A stretch of 46,999 bases of DNA, from the NCBI GenBank assembly GCA_023228665.1, contig JALOAR010000002.1:1-46999 (forward strand), in the 5' to 3' direction. A model generated the notes under the pieces. The model was not told the origin of the DNA and searched no databases. It saw only the letters and a list, made by a program, of their open reading frames with translations. The translations under genes and the position numbers were made by a program. The DNA comes from Candidatus Colwellbacteria bacterium. GTDB lineage: Bacteria > Patescibacteriota > Minisyncoccia > UBA6257 > Colwellbacteraceae. Below are positions 8,539 through 17,676 of this stretch, piece after piece (within the stretch, counting starts at the first letter, position 1; each line of letters opens with the position of its first letter).

Positions 8539-9597
8539 ATGAACGCAGTTGTTCGCCTTAACCTTGATATCGATCCCAAAGAATTTGATTCTTCCTTAAG
8601 GCTTAAAAAAGCGGCAGCGTCTCTTAGAGATCTTTACCCGAAATTTGAAAGAATTGTTATTTTAGGCCATAGGGGGCGCCCCAAAAAATTTGATAAAAAG
8701 CTTAGCCTTAAGCCTATTGTTAAAGAGCTTTCTGACAAAGCCCGCAGAAAAATTGTTTTTTTAGACGGCTCTCTTAATGATTGCCTCAAGCAGGTTCTAG
8801 AAAAAAAAGGTATATTTGCTCTCGAAAATACCAGGTTTTTCCCTGGAGAATACAAGAATAGTTCCGCTCTTGCGCGCAATTACGCCTCTTTTGGAGATAT
8901 TTTTATAAATGATGATTTTGCAACTGCCCATCGATCGCACGCATCTACCGCAGGCATCGCTTCTTTTTTAACAAGCCTTCAAGGACCTATTATTAAATCA
9001 GAGCTTGAAGCGCTTAAAAAAATAACCAACAAGCCTTTAAAGCCTATGACTTTTATAGTAGGAGGAATTAAGATGTCGACAAAAATGCCCGCTATTAAAA
9101 ACCTTCTTCCCAAATCGGATTATGTTCTTCTTGGCGGAGGTGTCGGAAACACAATGTTAAAAGCTCAAGGAGAAGACATTATGAATTCTATCTATGAAAA
9201 AGGGCTTTTAAGCGAAGCAAAAAAGCTGGCAAAAAACTCTAAGGTTAAATATCCCGAAGATTATCGTGTTTCAAAAAGGCAAATATTAGATATAGGCAAG
9301 AAAACAGCGGAAAGCTATGCTGAAATAATATCCAAATCCAAAACAGTCGTTTGGGCAGGTCCTGTCGGCATGTTCGAAAGAAAAGCATACATTAAAGGAA
9401 CGGAAACTATTGCAAACGCTATAGCAGAAGCAAACTGTTTTTCAGTAGCCGGAGGAGGGGAAACTACTTCAGCAATAATTTCTCTCGGCCTTGAAAGAAA
9501 ATTTTCTTTCCTTTCAACTGGAGGTGGAGCAATGCTTGAATATCTTGCTGGAAAAAAATTGCCGGCTCTAGAAGCTCTTCGAATAACTTATAGGTAG
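8539..9597 (+). CDS. pgk: Phosphoglycerate kinase (short form, 352 aa)
   Basis: GHRGRPK, NTRF, NDDFATAHRSHAST, GGGVGNTMLKA, WAGPVGMFE and STGGGAMLEYL motifs in canonical order. Confidence 0.9.
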   Translation: MNAVVRLNLDIDPKEFDSSLRLKKAAASLRDLYPKFERIVILGHRGRPKKFDKKLSLKPIVKELSDKARRKIVFLDGSLNDCLKQVLEKKGIFALENTRFFPGEYKNSSALARNYASFGDIFINDDFATAHRSHASTAGIASFLTSLQGPIIKSELEALKKITNKPLKPMTFIVGGIKMSTKMPAIKNLLPKSDYVLLGGGVGNTMLKAQGEDIMNSIYEKGLLSEAKKLAKNSKVKYPEDYRVSKRQILDIGKKTAESYAEIISKSKTVVWAGPVGMFERKAYIKGTETIANAIAEANCFSVAGGGETTSAIISLGLERKFSFLSTGGGAMLEYLAGKKLPALEALRITYR

Positions 9598-9643
9598 CTA
9601 ATTCTTTTAATATTTGTAATTTGAATTTTGAAATTTATTATTA

Positions 9644-10495
9644 ATGTCTATGTCTTCTAAAAAAATATTAGTTATATACCATAAGAATTGCCTTGACGGA
9701 TTTGGTTCCGCTTGGACAGTTTGGAAGAAATTTAAAGATAAAGCTGATTATATTCCGGCAGTCCACCAATCGCCTCCGCCAAAAAATATAAAAGGAAAAG
9801 ATATTTATATGGTAGATTTTTGTTATTCGGAAGAGGTTATGGAAAATATTAAAAAGAAAGCTAATAAAGTAATTGTTATAGATCACCATATCAGCCAAAA
9901 GAAAGCAGTTAAGATATCAGATAATTATGTTTATAATCAGAAAAATTCGGGTGCAGTACTTACATGGAAATATTTCTTTCCAGAAAAAAAAGTGCCTAAG
10001 CTATTGCTTTATATAGAAGATAAAGACATATGGAAGTTCAGCCTCAAAAATACTAATGAGCTTTTAGCAGCCGTTGAAATGGTGGGTTTTGATTTCAAGG
10101 CCTGGAATAAACTTGCCAAGGATTTTGAAGAAGATAACAAGAGAAATGAATATTTTAAAAAAGGATCGCATATAATTGCCTTCAGCGAAAAGAACATTGA
10201 ATCAATAGCATCTAATGCCGAACAGGTAATATTTGAAAAAAAGAAGTGTTTATCAGTTAATTCTCCTATCTTTGTTTCAGATATCGGCCATATTTTAGCC
10301 ACGAAAGCTAAAGGTATAGGAATAATCTGGTGTAAAAAAGGAAATAAGCTTAAAATATCCCTTAGATCAAACGGCAAAGTAGATGTAGCTAAAATAGCCG
10401 CTAAACATGGAGGCGGAGGACATAAAGCTGCCGCAAGCTTTTCTATTGAGGTTAAAGGAAATACTCTAAAATTTCCTTGGAAATCATCTTTATAA
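9644..10495 (+). CDS. DHH/DHHA1-family phosphoesterase
   Basis: DHH motif (VIDHHIS) and DHHA1 motif (GGGGHKAAASF). Confidence 0.8.
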   Translation: MSMSSKKILVIYHKNCLDGFGSAWTVWKKFKDKADYIPAVHQSPPPKNIKGKDIYMVDFCYSEEVMENIKKKANKVIVIDHHISQKKAVKISDNYVYNQKNSGAVLTWKYFFPEKKVPKLLLYIEDKDIWKFSLKNTNELLAAVEMVGFDFKAWNKLAKDFEEDNKRNEYFKKGSHIIAFSEKNIESIASNAEQVIFEKKKCLSVNSPIFVSDIGHILATKAKGIGIIWCKKGNKLKISLRSNGKVDVAKIAAKHGGGGHKAAASFSIEVKGNTLKFPWKSSL

Positions 10496-10514
10496 AAATA
10501 ATAATAATTCAATT

Positions 10515-10545
10515 AAAATCACCCTTTTAAAATTAGGGTGATTTT
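10515..10545. terminator. Bidirectional hairpin between convergent genes
   Basis: AAAATCACCCT / AGGGTGATTTT, an 11-bp stem flanked by A/T runs. Confidence 0.65.
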
Positions 10546-10565
10546 AATTATCAATATTATCCGTG

Positions 10566-11297
10566 TTATTTTGCTTCTATAGTAACTTTTTTCATTATCA
10601 CGTCTTCTACCGGCTTATCCATTGCTCCTGTTTGAACTTTCGCTATCGCGTCTGCCACTTCTTGGCCATCAATAACTCTTCCGAATATTGAGTAATCATG
10701 AGGGAGGGGATAATCGGCAACCATTATAAAGAACTGGCTTCCGTTCGTATTAGGGCCGGAATTTGCCATAGCAACAGCCCCTTTAACATAGCCTTTCTTA
10801 TAAGATTCTGTATCAGTGTTAAGCTCGTCTTCAAAAGTATATCCAGGTCCGCCCATGCCGGTACCCGTCGGATCTCCTCCTTGAATCATAAAGCCGTCTA
10901 TAACCCTATGAAATATAACTCCATCATAAAAACCTTTATTAGCAAGGCTTATAAAATTAGATACCGTTTTTGGGGCATCCGCATCATAAGTCTCTATTTT
11001 TATATTTCCCATAGTAGTTTCAATAGAAATAATATGCTTAAAATTTTCCATTTTTGATTCTTGTTGATTATTATTTGATTCTTCTTCGTTCGGCTCTGTA
11101 ATTACAGGCTGATCTTCCTTGAATACATTTTCTTCCTGTGAAGATTGTTCGCCATTATTATTTTTATTTTCTGCAGAAATCTCTGTATTAGGACTTCCGG
11201 ACAGCCGGTTATTAAGCCGATTATTTATAGAGGAAAAGGCAAAAATAACTGCCACGCCCAATATAACGGCTCCTATTGCTATTAATTTATTTTTCAT
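10566..11297 (-). CDS. Cyclophilin-type peptidyl-prolyl cis-trans isomerase with N-terminal membrane anchor
   Basis: FHRVIDGFMIQGGDPTGTGMGGPGY and GSQFFI motifs. N-terminal TM helix plus a low-complexity linker. Confidence 0.9.
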   Translation of the reverse strand: MKNKLIAIGAVILGVAVIFAFSSINNRLNNRLSGSPNTEISAENKNNNGEQSSQEENVFKEDQPVITEPNEEESNNNQQESKMENFKHIISIETTMGNIKIETYDADAPKTVSNFISLANKGFYDGVIFHRVIDGFMIQGGDPTGTGMGGPGYTFEDELNTDTESYKKGYVKGAVAMANSGPNTNGSQFFIMVADYPLPHDYSIFGRVIDGQEVADAIAKVQTGAMDKPVEDVIMKKVTIEAK

Positions 11298-11349
11298 ACA
11301 GAAATTATTTTAACACGCGCGTATCCAGGCTTTGCAAATATATTTATAC

Positions 11350-11377
11350 TTGACTTTATTTAAATTTATGGTTTAAT
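11350..11377 (+). promoter_or_regulatory. Promoter of RNase P RNA
   Basis: TTGACT, 16-nt spacer ending in TGg, then TTTAAT. The predicted start falls about 7 nt downstream, at the beginning of helix P1. Confidence 0.5.
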
Positions 11378-11383
11378 CAGCGG

Positions 11384-11762
11384 GCAGCCTTGATGGTAGC
11401 GTTTCCGCCTTTTTTGGCAGAAATGAGGAAAGTCCGGACTTTCTCCTCCTGAATTTGCTTTGCAAAATTTTAGAGGATAAAACACAGCGGTTAAAAGCCG
11501 TCTGCGCCGAAAAGGCGCAAGAGGTGCGAGCAGTGACGGTTTTAGTCGAAAGGCTGAAACAGGCCCCATCCCAGCGTAGATGGCCTAATTCCGCGATAGG
11601 GATAAAAAGCGGAAGTGAAACGGCTAAATCCTTGTGGAATGCAAGACCGTGCCCGTCGATGAGGCGGGAGTGTCGCTCGAGCCTAAGAGTAATCAAAGGC
11701 CTAGATAAATTGCCATCATCCGCCGATAAGGCGGACCACAGAATCCGGCTTATAAGGTTGCA
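11384..11762 (+). ncRNA. rnpB: RNase P RNA, bacterial type A
   Basis: Universally conserved GAGGAAAGTCCGGAC near the 5' end and ACAGAATCCGGCTTAT near the 3' end. The 5' GCAGCCTT pairs with the 3' AAGGTTGC (P1). GC-rich relative to its surroundings. The three ORFs listed here are spurious. Confidence 0.88.
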
Positions 11763-11763
11763 C

Positions 11764-11794
11764 TAATAAACGTCTCGATATGGGGCGTTTATTA
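11764..11794 (+). terminator. Hairpin after rnpB
   Basis: TAATAAACG / CGTTTATTA outer stem, extended by G-U pairs, followed by T-rich sequence. Confidence 0.5.
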
Positions 11795-11797
11795 TAT

Positions 11798-11826
11798 TTG
11801 ACAAATTAAAGATTATATGTTTTACT
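11798..11826 (+). promoter_or_regulatory. Sigma70-like promoter upstream of the pyk leader
   Basis: TTGACA, 17-nt spacer ending in TGt, then TTTACT. The box ATATTTGACAAATTAA recurs at 14683. Confidence 0.4.
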
Positions 11827-11857
11827 ACGCCTAGTTCTTTCGAATTTACTTCTGTCA

Positions 11858-11920
11858 GCTAAAGAGTATGCCAGCTCTTTAGCATCCACCCGCCGCTCTT
11901 GTTTGAGGCGGGTTCTTTTT
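11858..11920 (+). terminator. Two-hairpin leader element ending in an intrinsic terminator, 35 nt before pyk
   Basis: GCTAAAGAG-N8-CTCTTTAGC (perfect 9 bp), then ACCCGCC-N12-GGCGGGT followed by TCTTTTT. Confidence 0.5.
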
Positions 11921-11954
11921 CTATAATCAAACCTCGCAAAAAATCAGTAAAAAA

Positions 11955-12974
11955 ATGAGAACTAAAATAATAGCTACTATAGGCCCTAAATCCGAATCGC
12001 CAGAAATGCTTCGCAAGCTTGTTCTTGCTGGAATGGATATAGCAAGAATGAATTTTTCCCATTGCACTTATGACGAATACCTTGCTAGAAAAGAAGCCCT
12101 TAAAAAAATATGTAAAGAAGAAAAAAGGGACGTTAAAATACTTCTTGACCTTAAAGGCCCTCGTTTAAGAGTAGGTGAGCTTCCTGAAGAAGGAAGAGAG
12201 TTATATAAAGACGAAGAAATTATTTTTTCCACCAATAAAGACGAAGCTAAAGATGGCACTATTTTTATTGAAGACCCGCATCTTCACAAAGATATTAATG
12301 TAGGAGATCCTCTCTTCTTAACTAATGGAGCTATGGAGCTTGTAGTCACTAAAATTGAAGAAACAAAGATATTCGCTACAGTATTGACCGGAGGCATACT
12401 TTTTTCCAATAAGGCCGTTAACGTTCCTATGACTACGCTTACTACTTCTAGCCTTACCAATAAGGATATTGACGATATCCAATTCGGCCTGGAGCATGGA
12501 ATGGATTACGTCGCTCTTTCTTTTGTTCAAACCAAAGAGGATGTTGAAAGGTTAAGAGCTCTAGTTGGGGACAAAGCCAAGATAATTTCTAAAATAGAAC
12601 GCCCGATTGCCGTTAAAAATATTGATACTATTATCCAGGCATCCGACGCGGTTATGATTGCAAGGGGAGACCTTGGCATAGAAATGCCTATGGAAGATAT
12701 TCCAACCGTCCAAAAGCATATAATCGAACATGCCGCTTGGAATAATATCGGCTCAATAGTTGCCACACAAATGCTTCTCTCTATGATTGATAAAAATCAC
12801 CCGACAAGAGCTGAAGTGTCTGATGTCGCTAATGCGGTTTTTGACGGCGCCGACGCAGTAATGCTTTCTGATGAAACTGCTACAGGAGATTATCCAGTCG
12901 AAGCGGTAGAATTTATGGCAAAAATAGTGCGTAAGGCAGAGAAATATTTATATTCAAAGCCAAACCATATGTAA
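11955..12974 (+). CDS. pyk: Pyruvate kinase (short form, 339 aa)
   Basis: MRTKIIATIGP, MNFSHC, ARGDLGIEMP and MLSDETA motifs. The protein ends soon after the A domain. Confidence 0.9.
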   Translation: MRTKIIATIGPKSESPEMLRKLVLAGMDIARMNFSHCTYDEYLARKEALKKICKEEKRDVKILLDLKGPRLRVGELPEEGRELYKDEEIIFSTNKDEAKDGTIFIEDPHLHKDINVGDPLFLTNGAMELVVTKIEETKIFATVLTGGILFSNKAVNVPMTTLTTSSLTNKDIDDIQFGLEHGMDYVALSFVQTKEDVERLRALVGDKAKIISKIERPIAVKNIDTIIQASDAVMIARGDLGIEMPMEDIPTVQKHIIEHAAWNNIGSIVATQMLLSMIDKNHPTRAEVSDVANAVFDGADAVMLSDETATGDYPVEAVEFMAKIVRKAEKYLYSKPNHM

Positions 12975-13010
12975 TTAGTTTTGATAGAAATATATATAAG
13001 ATAATAAAAA

Positions 13011-13047
13011 AGCGCCTGCCTGCCATTTGGCGGATAGGCGCTTTTTT
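13011..13047. terminator. Bidirectional terminator between convergent genes
   Basis: AGCGCCT ... AGGCGCT stem flanked by an A-run and a T-run. Confidence 0.7.
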
Positions 13048-13052
13048 GTTTT

Positions 13053-13649
13053 TTATAAGGTGCTAACTATGCCGAGATTTTTTTGAAATATTTCTCTGAT
13101 ACAATCCATTGTCGAAACAAAAATAGTTCTCTCACCTTCTTTAAATGCCTTTTCCATATTCATAATTTTCCCAAAAAAATTATCGCCGTCTTCTGATTCA
13201 GACTCTGATGCTACTCCTAATATCAATTTCTCGTCACGCATTAAAAAATCAACAAAAGCCATAAAATATTCCATTATTATGAGCCATGCTTCAGTGTTCC
13301 TATACTCCTTTCGTACCACTATTGACTCCATAATAACATTATGAACAATCTTTGAATCAAAACTAACTATACTGCCTAAGCAATCCCTCCAATTGTGTAC
13401 CGAAGCTTTGCCTTTGCAAAAATCTTTAAAAAAAGATGATGTCACTGACAGCACTAACATTCCGCCGACAACCAAGCCGTTATTAGCATAATCCTTAAGA
13501 ATTATTACAGAGCGAGGTGATGCTTTATATATGGCTTTTAAGTCGTTCAGAGTAGATGGCGAATTAGGGAAATAACTCTTTAAAATACTAACTATTTCTT
13601 TCAGGTCGGCCTCTGTCACAGCTTTTGCTATCGAAAAACATGTTTTCAT
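13053..13649 (-). CDS. Hypothetical protein (weak GNAT-like flavour only)
   Basis: GGAGGGG Shine-Dalgarno 5 nt before the ATG. A TTGACT-N17-TAAAAA promoter lies upstream on the minus strand. No motif I can assign. Confidence 0.6.
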   Translation of the reverse strand: MKTCFSIAKAVTEADLKEIVSILKSYFPNSPSTLNDLKAIYKASPRSVIILKDYANNGLVVGGMLVLSVTSSFFKDFCKGKASVHNWRDCLGSIVSFDSKIVHNVIMESIVVRKEYRNTEAWLIIMEYFMAFVDFLMRDEKLILGVASESESEDGDNFFGKIMNMEKAFKEGERTIFVSTMDCIREIFQKNLGIVSTL

Positions 13650-13746
13650 AAAAACCCCTCCAATATATTATTTTTTGAGAACTGGTCGTTTTTTAGCACT
13701 TTTTAAAAAAGTAGTCAACAAAAATGGCGTCACAAAAAAAACGCTA

Positions 13747-13772
13747 AAAAGCCCCGCTAAAACGGGGCTTTT
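13747..13772 (-). terminator. Intrinsic terminator of the ATP-cone gene
   Basis: AAAAGCCCCG / CGGGGCTTTT stem, with T-rich sequence downstream on the minus strand. Confidence 0.65.
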
Positions 13773-13781
13773 CGAATTATC

Positions 13782-14075
13782 TTATTTAAATCTTCTTTCG
13801 TAATCTACCCAAGCAGCAGCTATTGCATTCTTTTTTTCATCCTCTTCGCTGGCAGTTAAGGAATCTATTATTTTATCCCTTATATCTGTTGTATTGACCT
13901 CGTTGCACCTGATCGCAAAAACTATAGTCTCGTAATAAGTCTCTCTGACTATCTTTTCGGCAACTGGTTCCTCTATGCCGGAATCCTGGGCCGCTCTTTC
14001 TAAAGACATCCTTATCTTATCCGCCACAAACGGCTCGCTCGCTCTTCCTCCTTTTTTGAGGATTATATTTGCCAA
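13782..14075 (-). CDS. Standalone ATP-cone domain protein
   Basis: 97 aa. The pattern (I.KK.G..EPF...KI..S...A) is shared with the 19855 ORF and with NrdR/NrdD-type ATP-cones. TTG start, no nearby ATG. Confidence 0.7.
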   Translation of the reverse strand: MANIILKKGGRASEPFVADKIRMSLERAAQDSGIEEPVAEKIVRETYYETIVFAIRCNEVNTTDIRDKIIDSLTASEEDEKKNAIAAAWVDYERRFK

Positions 14076-14129
14076 TTTGCCAATTTATTGTTTGTAGGCG
14101 ACCTTTATTTATTATATCATGAAGACTGA

Positions 14130-14666
14130 ATGGTACTAGAAGCAAGAACTATGCGCTCTGCGGAGTGGCAAAAATACAGAGATTTCAGGCTTAAAGCCTT
14201 GCGTGAAAATCCGGATAGGTTCGATAAGTTGTACGAAGAAGAAAAAGACCTCCCGGATAAGTTTTGGAAGGAGACTATTGCAGAAGCCGATAAAATGGAA
14301 CGTTTTTGGCTGTTTTTTGCTTGGGATACGGATCTCGGGCCTGAATCAATGCCGATAGGTATGATAAGCGCTCTTAAAAGCCCTAACGCCAAAACAAGCC
14401 ATATAGTAACCATATCTGGCCCTTTCGTATCCGTTAAGGAAGGAGGCAGGGGAGTTGAAAGAAAAATGATATCCTATATGCTAAGCAAGCTCTCAAATGA
14501 TAATACTATTAAAAAGCTTCGTTGTTTTATAAAAATAGATGATCCGGAAAAACTGGCTTTATATCAGCAAGAAGGATTTAAGATAATAGGAGAAATGGAA
14601 CAAGAGTTTAAGCTTAAAAGCGGAGGATATATGAATGAATATATCCTCGAAAAAATAGTTTCTTAA
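14130..14666 (+). CDS. GNAT-family N-acetyltransferase
   Basis: N-terminal W..YR..RL.AL...P..F block and a G.GVE.K motif-A-like segment. The start may be the ATG at 14151. Confidence 0.7.
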   Translation: MVLEARTMRSAEWQKYRDFRLKALRENPDRFDKLYEEEKDLPDKFWKETIAEADKMERFWLFFAWDTDLGPESMPIGMISALKSPNAKTSHIVTISGPFVSVKEGGRGVERKMISYMLSKLSNDNTIKKLRCFIKIDDPEKLALYQQEGFKIIGEMEQEFKLKSGGYMNEYILEKIVS

Positions 14667-14685
14667 TTAAGGATAGTCTTCATAT

Positions 14686-14714
14686 TTGACAAATTAATCA
14701 TTATATATCATTAT
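14686..14714 (+). promoter_or_regulatory. Sigma70-like promoter for the DEAD-box helicase
   Basis: TTGACA, 17 nt, then CATTAT. Shares ATATTTGACAAATTAA with the 11798 promoter. Confidence 0.35.
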
Positions 14715-14744
14715 TAGAACCTCGCGTTAATACGCGTTTTTTTT

Positions 14745-15950
14745 ATGACTGAAAGAAAATTTAAGCCGAGACGACATTTTTATGGTGAAAATAAAAAACC
14801 TGGAAAAAGATCATTTCGCAATAATAGAAAATTTGCCGGCGATAATATAAACGTATCTAAATTTATAAACAAGGCCCGCAAGACAGAAGATGTTGAAAAA
14901 TTTGTTCCTAAAAACAATTTCAACTTCCTTCCAATATCCGGAAAACTTAAGGCTAATATCAAAAGAAAAGGATATTCTTCCCTTACCCCTATACAAGATC
15001 AAGCTATCCCTGAAGCCCTAAAAGGCAGGGATATTATAGGCATAGCAAATACCGGAACAGGAAAAACCGCCGCTTTTCTTATTCCTCTCATAGATAAAAT
15101 TTTAAGAAATCGCCAAGAAAAGGTCCTTATTATTGCTCCAACCAGAGAGTTGGCATTTCAAATTCAGGATGAAATGAATGAATTTTCTATGTTTCTTAAT
15201 ATCTATTCGGCAATATGTGTTGGCGGAGTAAATATTAGAAGTCAAATATCCAGGTTAAAAAGAAAGCCTGATTTCGTTATCGGTACGCCTGGGAGATTAA
15301 AAGATCTTGTTTTAAGAAACAACCTTAGATTAAGCGAATACAAAAATTTAGTTCTTGATGAAGCAGATAGAATGCTGGATATGGGTTTCTTGCCTGATAT
15401 TCAATTTCTACTTTCCTCTCTGCCTAAAAAAAGACAGTCTCTTTTCTTTTCTGCAACGATAAATTCAAAAATTGAATCGCTTATAGCCGACTTTGCCGTT
15501 AATCCTTTTAAAATATCCGTAAAAATGAGAGATACTTCAGCTAACGTGGATCAAGATATTGTTAGGATATCTCGCAATGAAAACAAGGTAGATAAGCTGC
15601 ACGATCTTCTTATTGAAAAAGATTTCAATAAAGTGCTTATTTTCGGAAAAACTAAGCGCGGAGTAGAGAATCTTTCAATAGACCTTAATAAGAGAGGATT
15701 TAAGTCAGTATCCATCCACGGCGATAAAAATCAATCGAAAAGGCAAAAAGCATTAAGAGAATTTAAAAATAATAGCGCGCATATCTTAGTAGCGACAGAT
15801 GTTGCTGCCCGCGGATTAGATATCCCAAACGTATCTCATGTCATTAATTTTGATATGCCGTCAACTTACGATGATTATGTTCATCGTATCGGCCGAACCG
15901 GCAGGGCAGACCAAAAAGGCAACGCTCTCACGTTCGTTAATGCGAATTAA
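14745..15950 (+). CDS. DEAD-box ATP-dependent RNA helicase
   Basis: Q-motif region, ANTGTGKTAAF, PTRELA, DEAD, SAT and HRIGRTGR motifs. Confidence 0.93.
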   Translation: MTERKFKPRRHFYGENKKPGKRSFRNNRKFAGDNINVSKFINKARKTEDVEKFVPKNNFNFLPISGKLKANIKRKGYSSLTPIQDQAIPEALKGRDIIGIANTGTGKTAAFLIPLIDKILRNRQEKVLIIAPTRELAFQIQDEMNEFSMFLNIYSAICVGGVNIRSQISRLKRKPDFVIGTPGRLKDLVLRNNLRLSEYKNLVLDEADRMLDMGFLPDIQFLLSSLPKKRQSLFFSATINSKIESLIADFAVNPFKISVKMRDTSANVDQDIVRISRNENKVDKLHDLLIEKDFNKVLIFGKTKRGVENLSIDLNKRGFKSVSIHGDKNQSKRQKALREFKNNSAHILVATDVAARGLDIPNVSHVINFDMPSTYDDYVHRIGRTGRADQKGNALTFVNAN

Positions 15951-15954
15951 TATT

Positions 15955-15981
15955 AAAACCGCGGGTTAATCGCGGTTTTTT
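15955..15981. terminator. Bidirectional terminator
   Basis: AAAACCGCG / CGCGGTTTT stem flanked by A/T runs, between convergent genes. Confidence 0.7.
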
Positions 15982-16005
15982 AAAAAATTAGAAATTATAT
16001 TATTT

Positions 16006-17460
16006 TTATAATTCCTCAAGATCTAATGTCTGGGTTATATTTATTTGATTAATAAATTCCGGATAATGGCTCACAATTATAAGAGCGCCTTCATATCGAT
16101 TTATTGCTTTCGCTATAACCGGTATATGACGGAAATTTATATGATTTGTCGGCTCGTCTAGAATTAATAACCCCGGACGGGAAAATACCAGTCTCGCCAT
16201 AGATACTAATCCTTTCTGACCTTCAGATAAGGATTTTACCTTATTGTTTATTATATCTTTAGCAAGAAGAAATCCGGCAGCAGTCGAACGCAGATCCTCT
16301 TCTCCTCCTTCAATCATCGATTCCGCAAGCACATTGTATACTGTTTCTTCCGGATCTAAGGTAGAAAAATCTTGTCTATAATAGCCAATTCTAGTTTCAG
16401 GCAAAATTTCAACGCCTTTCGTATCTTTTTTTATTAAAGATTCTAATAAGGTAGTTTTTCCTATGCCGTTCGGCCCCTTTATTAAAAGCCTGTCTTTTTT
16501 CTTCAAGGCAATATTAACCTTCTTTTTAACAGACTTATCATTCTTCATTATGCTTACAGAGCTTATTTTTATAATATCTCCGGAAATATCTTCTTGCGCC
16601 GGTATTGCAAAATCACGGATAGTTTTGTCTTCTTGCCTCATCTCAACTTTATCTGATTCTAATTCATCAACTTTTTTGCGCATCTTCGCCGCCACGTCGC
16701 GCAAATGTCCGCCTTTTTGGGCGAAAAATCCCATTTGCTCCTTGCGATTTTCAATATCCCTTTCAAGCCTTACATTTTTCATTCTTTCTCTTTCTATTCT
16801 CGCCTCGATTTCTTTTACTACATCAAAATAATTGCCCGTATACTGCTCAATTTTTTGAGTATGCGCGTCAAGATATAAAACACCGTCAGTAAAGGAATTT
16901 AAAAAATCGGCATCATGGGAAATGACAATGCATGTTTTTTTATAATCAATAAGAAATTGCTTTAGCGCCGCTATTCCGGCTTTATCAAGATTATTAGTTG
17001 GCTCGTCAAGTAATAATATGTCCGGATCCTGTATTAGGGCAAAAGCAAGTAATAATCTCGCCTGTTGTCCGCCGGAAAAATCACCGACTTTTTTTTCAAG
17101 CGAAGCTGATAAATTAACAGCAGCTGTAGCTTTTTCTATTCTTGGATCTATATCATATATTTTCTCTTCAAAAGCTTCCTCAAAAAAATCCCGGACTGTC
17201 ATATCAAGCTTTTCTCTTGGTATAACTTGCCTTGCCGTCGCAACTGACATCCTGTCGTTAATAGCTATAGAACCGTCATCTGGTTTTAATTCGCCGGTTA
17301 TAAGCTTAAAAATAGTCGTCTTTCCGGCGCCGTTCTGGCCCATTATCGTTATCTTGTTTCCTTGGCGCACAGAAAAACTCACCTCATTTAAAATAGGCTT
17401 ATTATATCCATAACCGTAGGATACATCGTTGAACCTTAATATTACGTCGCCTTTTGGCAT
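16006..17460 (-). CDS. ABC-F family ATPase (two ABC domains, no TM domain)
   Basis: Two Walker A motifs (GQNGAGKTT, GPNGIGKTT), two signature-like motifs (FSGGQQ, LSEGQK), two Walker B motifs (LLLDEPTN, LILDEPTN) and a charged inter-domain linker. Confidence 0.9.
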   Translation of the reverse strand: MPKGDVILRFNDVSYGYGYNKPILNEVSFSVRQGNKITIMGQNGAGKTTIFKLITGELKPDDGSIAINDRMSVATARQVIPREKLDMTVRDFFEEAFEEKIYDIDPRIEKATAAVNLSASLEKKVGDFSGGQQARLLLAFALIQDPDILLLDEPTNNLDKAGIAALKQFLIDYKKTCIVISHDADFLNSFTDGVLYLDAHTQKIEQYTGNYFDVVKEIEARIERERMKNVRLERDIENRKEQMGFFAQKGGHLRDVAAKMRKKVDELESDKVEMRQEDKTIRDFAIPAQEDISGDIIKISSVSIMKNDKSVKKKVNIALKKKDRLLIKGPNGIGKTTLLESLIKKDTKGVEILPETRIGYYRQDFSTLDPEETVYNVLAESMIEGGEEDLRSTAAGFLLAKDIINNKVKSLSEGQKGLVSMARLVFSRPGLLILDEPTNHINFRHIPVIAKAINRYEGALIIVSHYPEFINQINITQTLDLEEL

Positions 17461-17656
17461 TGAACCTGGCTAAGGTTACATTATAAGACTCCTTTTTTCA
17501 ATAGAAATTAAACAACTTGCCAATTCCTCTCGAACGAAGTGAGGTGGAAATTGGCACCCTCCGACTTGTCTCGCCGTAGTCTTGAGCGACTTGTTCCAAG
17601 CAAAGTCGAGGAAAGTCGAAGGATGAGGGCGGAAGGCGAGCTATATTATGTTTGTC

Positions 17657-17676
17657 ATTCCCGCGAAAGCGGGAAT
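17657..17676. repeat. REP-like GC-rich palindrome
   Basis: ATTCCCGC-GAAA-GCGGGAAT. It translates as VIPAKAGIQ / SRESGNP, as in the two spurious ORFs listed here. Confidence 0.6.

Noticed and set aside
11366-11766. Three listed ORFs (67, 107 and 103 aa) between the PPIase and pyk
   Set aside because: They lie entirely within the RNase P RNA gene, and their open frames reflect the GC-rich structured RNA. No SD or protein-like motifs.
14070-14085. Direct 8-nt repeat TGCCAATT TGCCAATT at the ATP-cone gene start
   Set aside because: Too short to interpret. It only makes the choice of TTG start slightly ambiguous.
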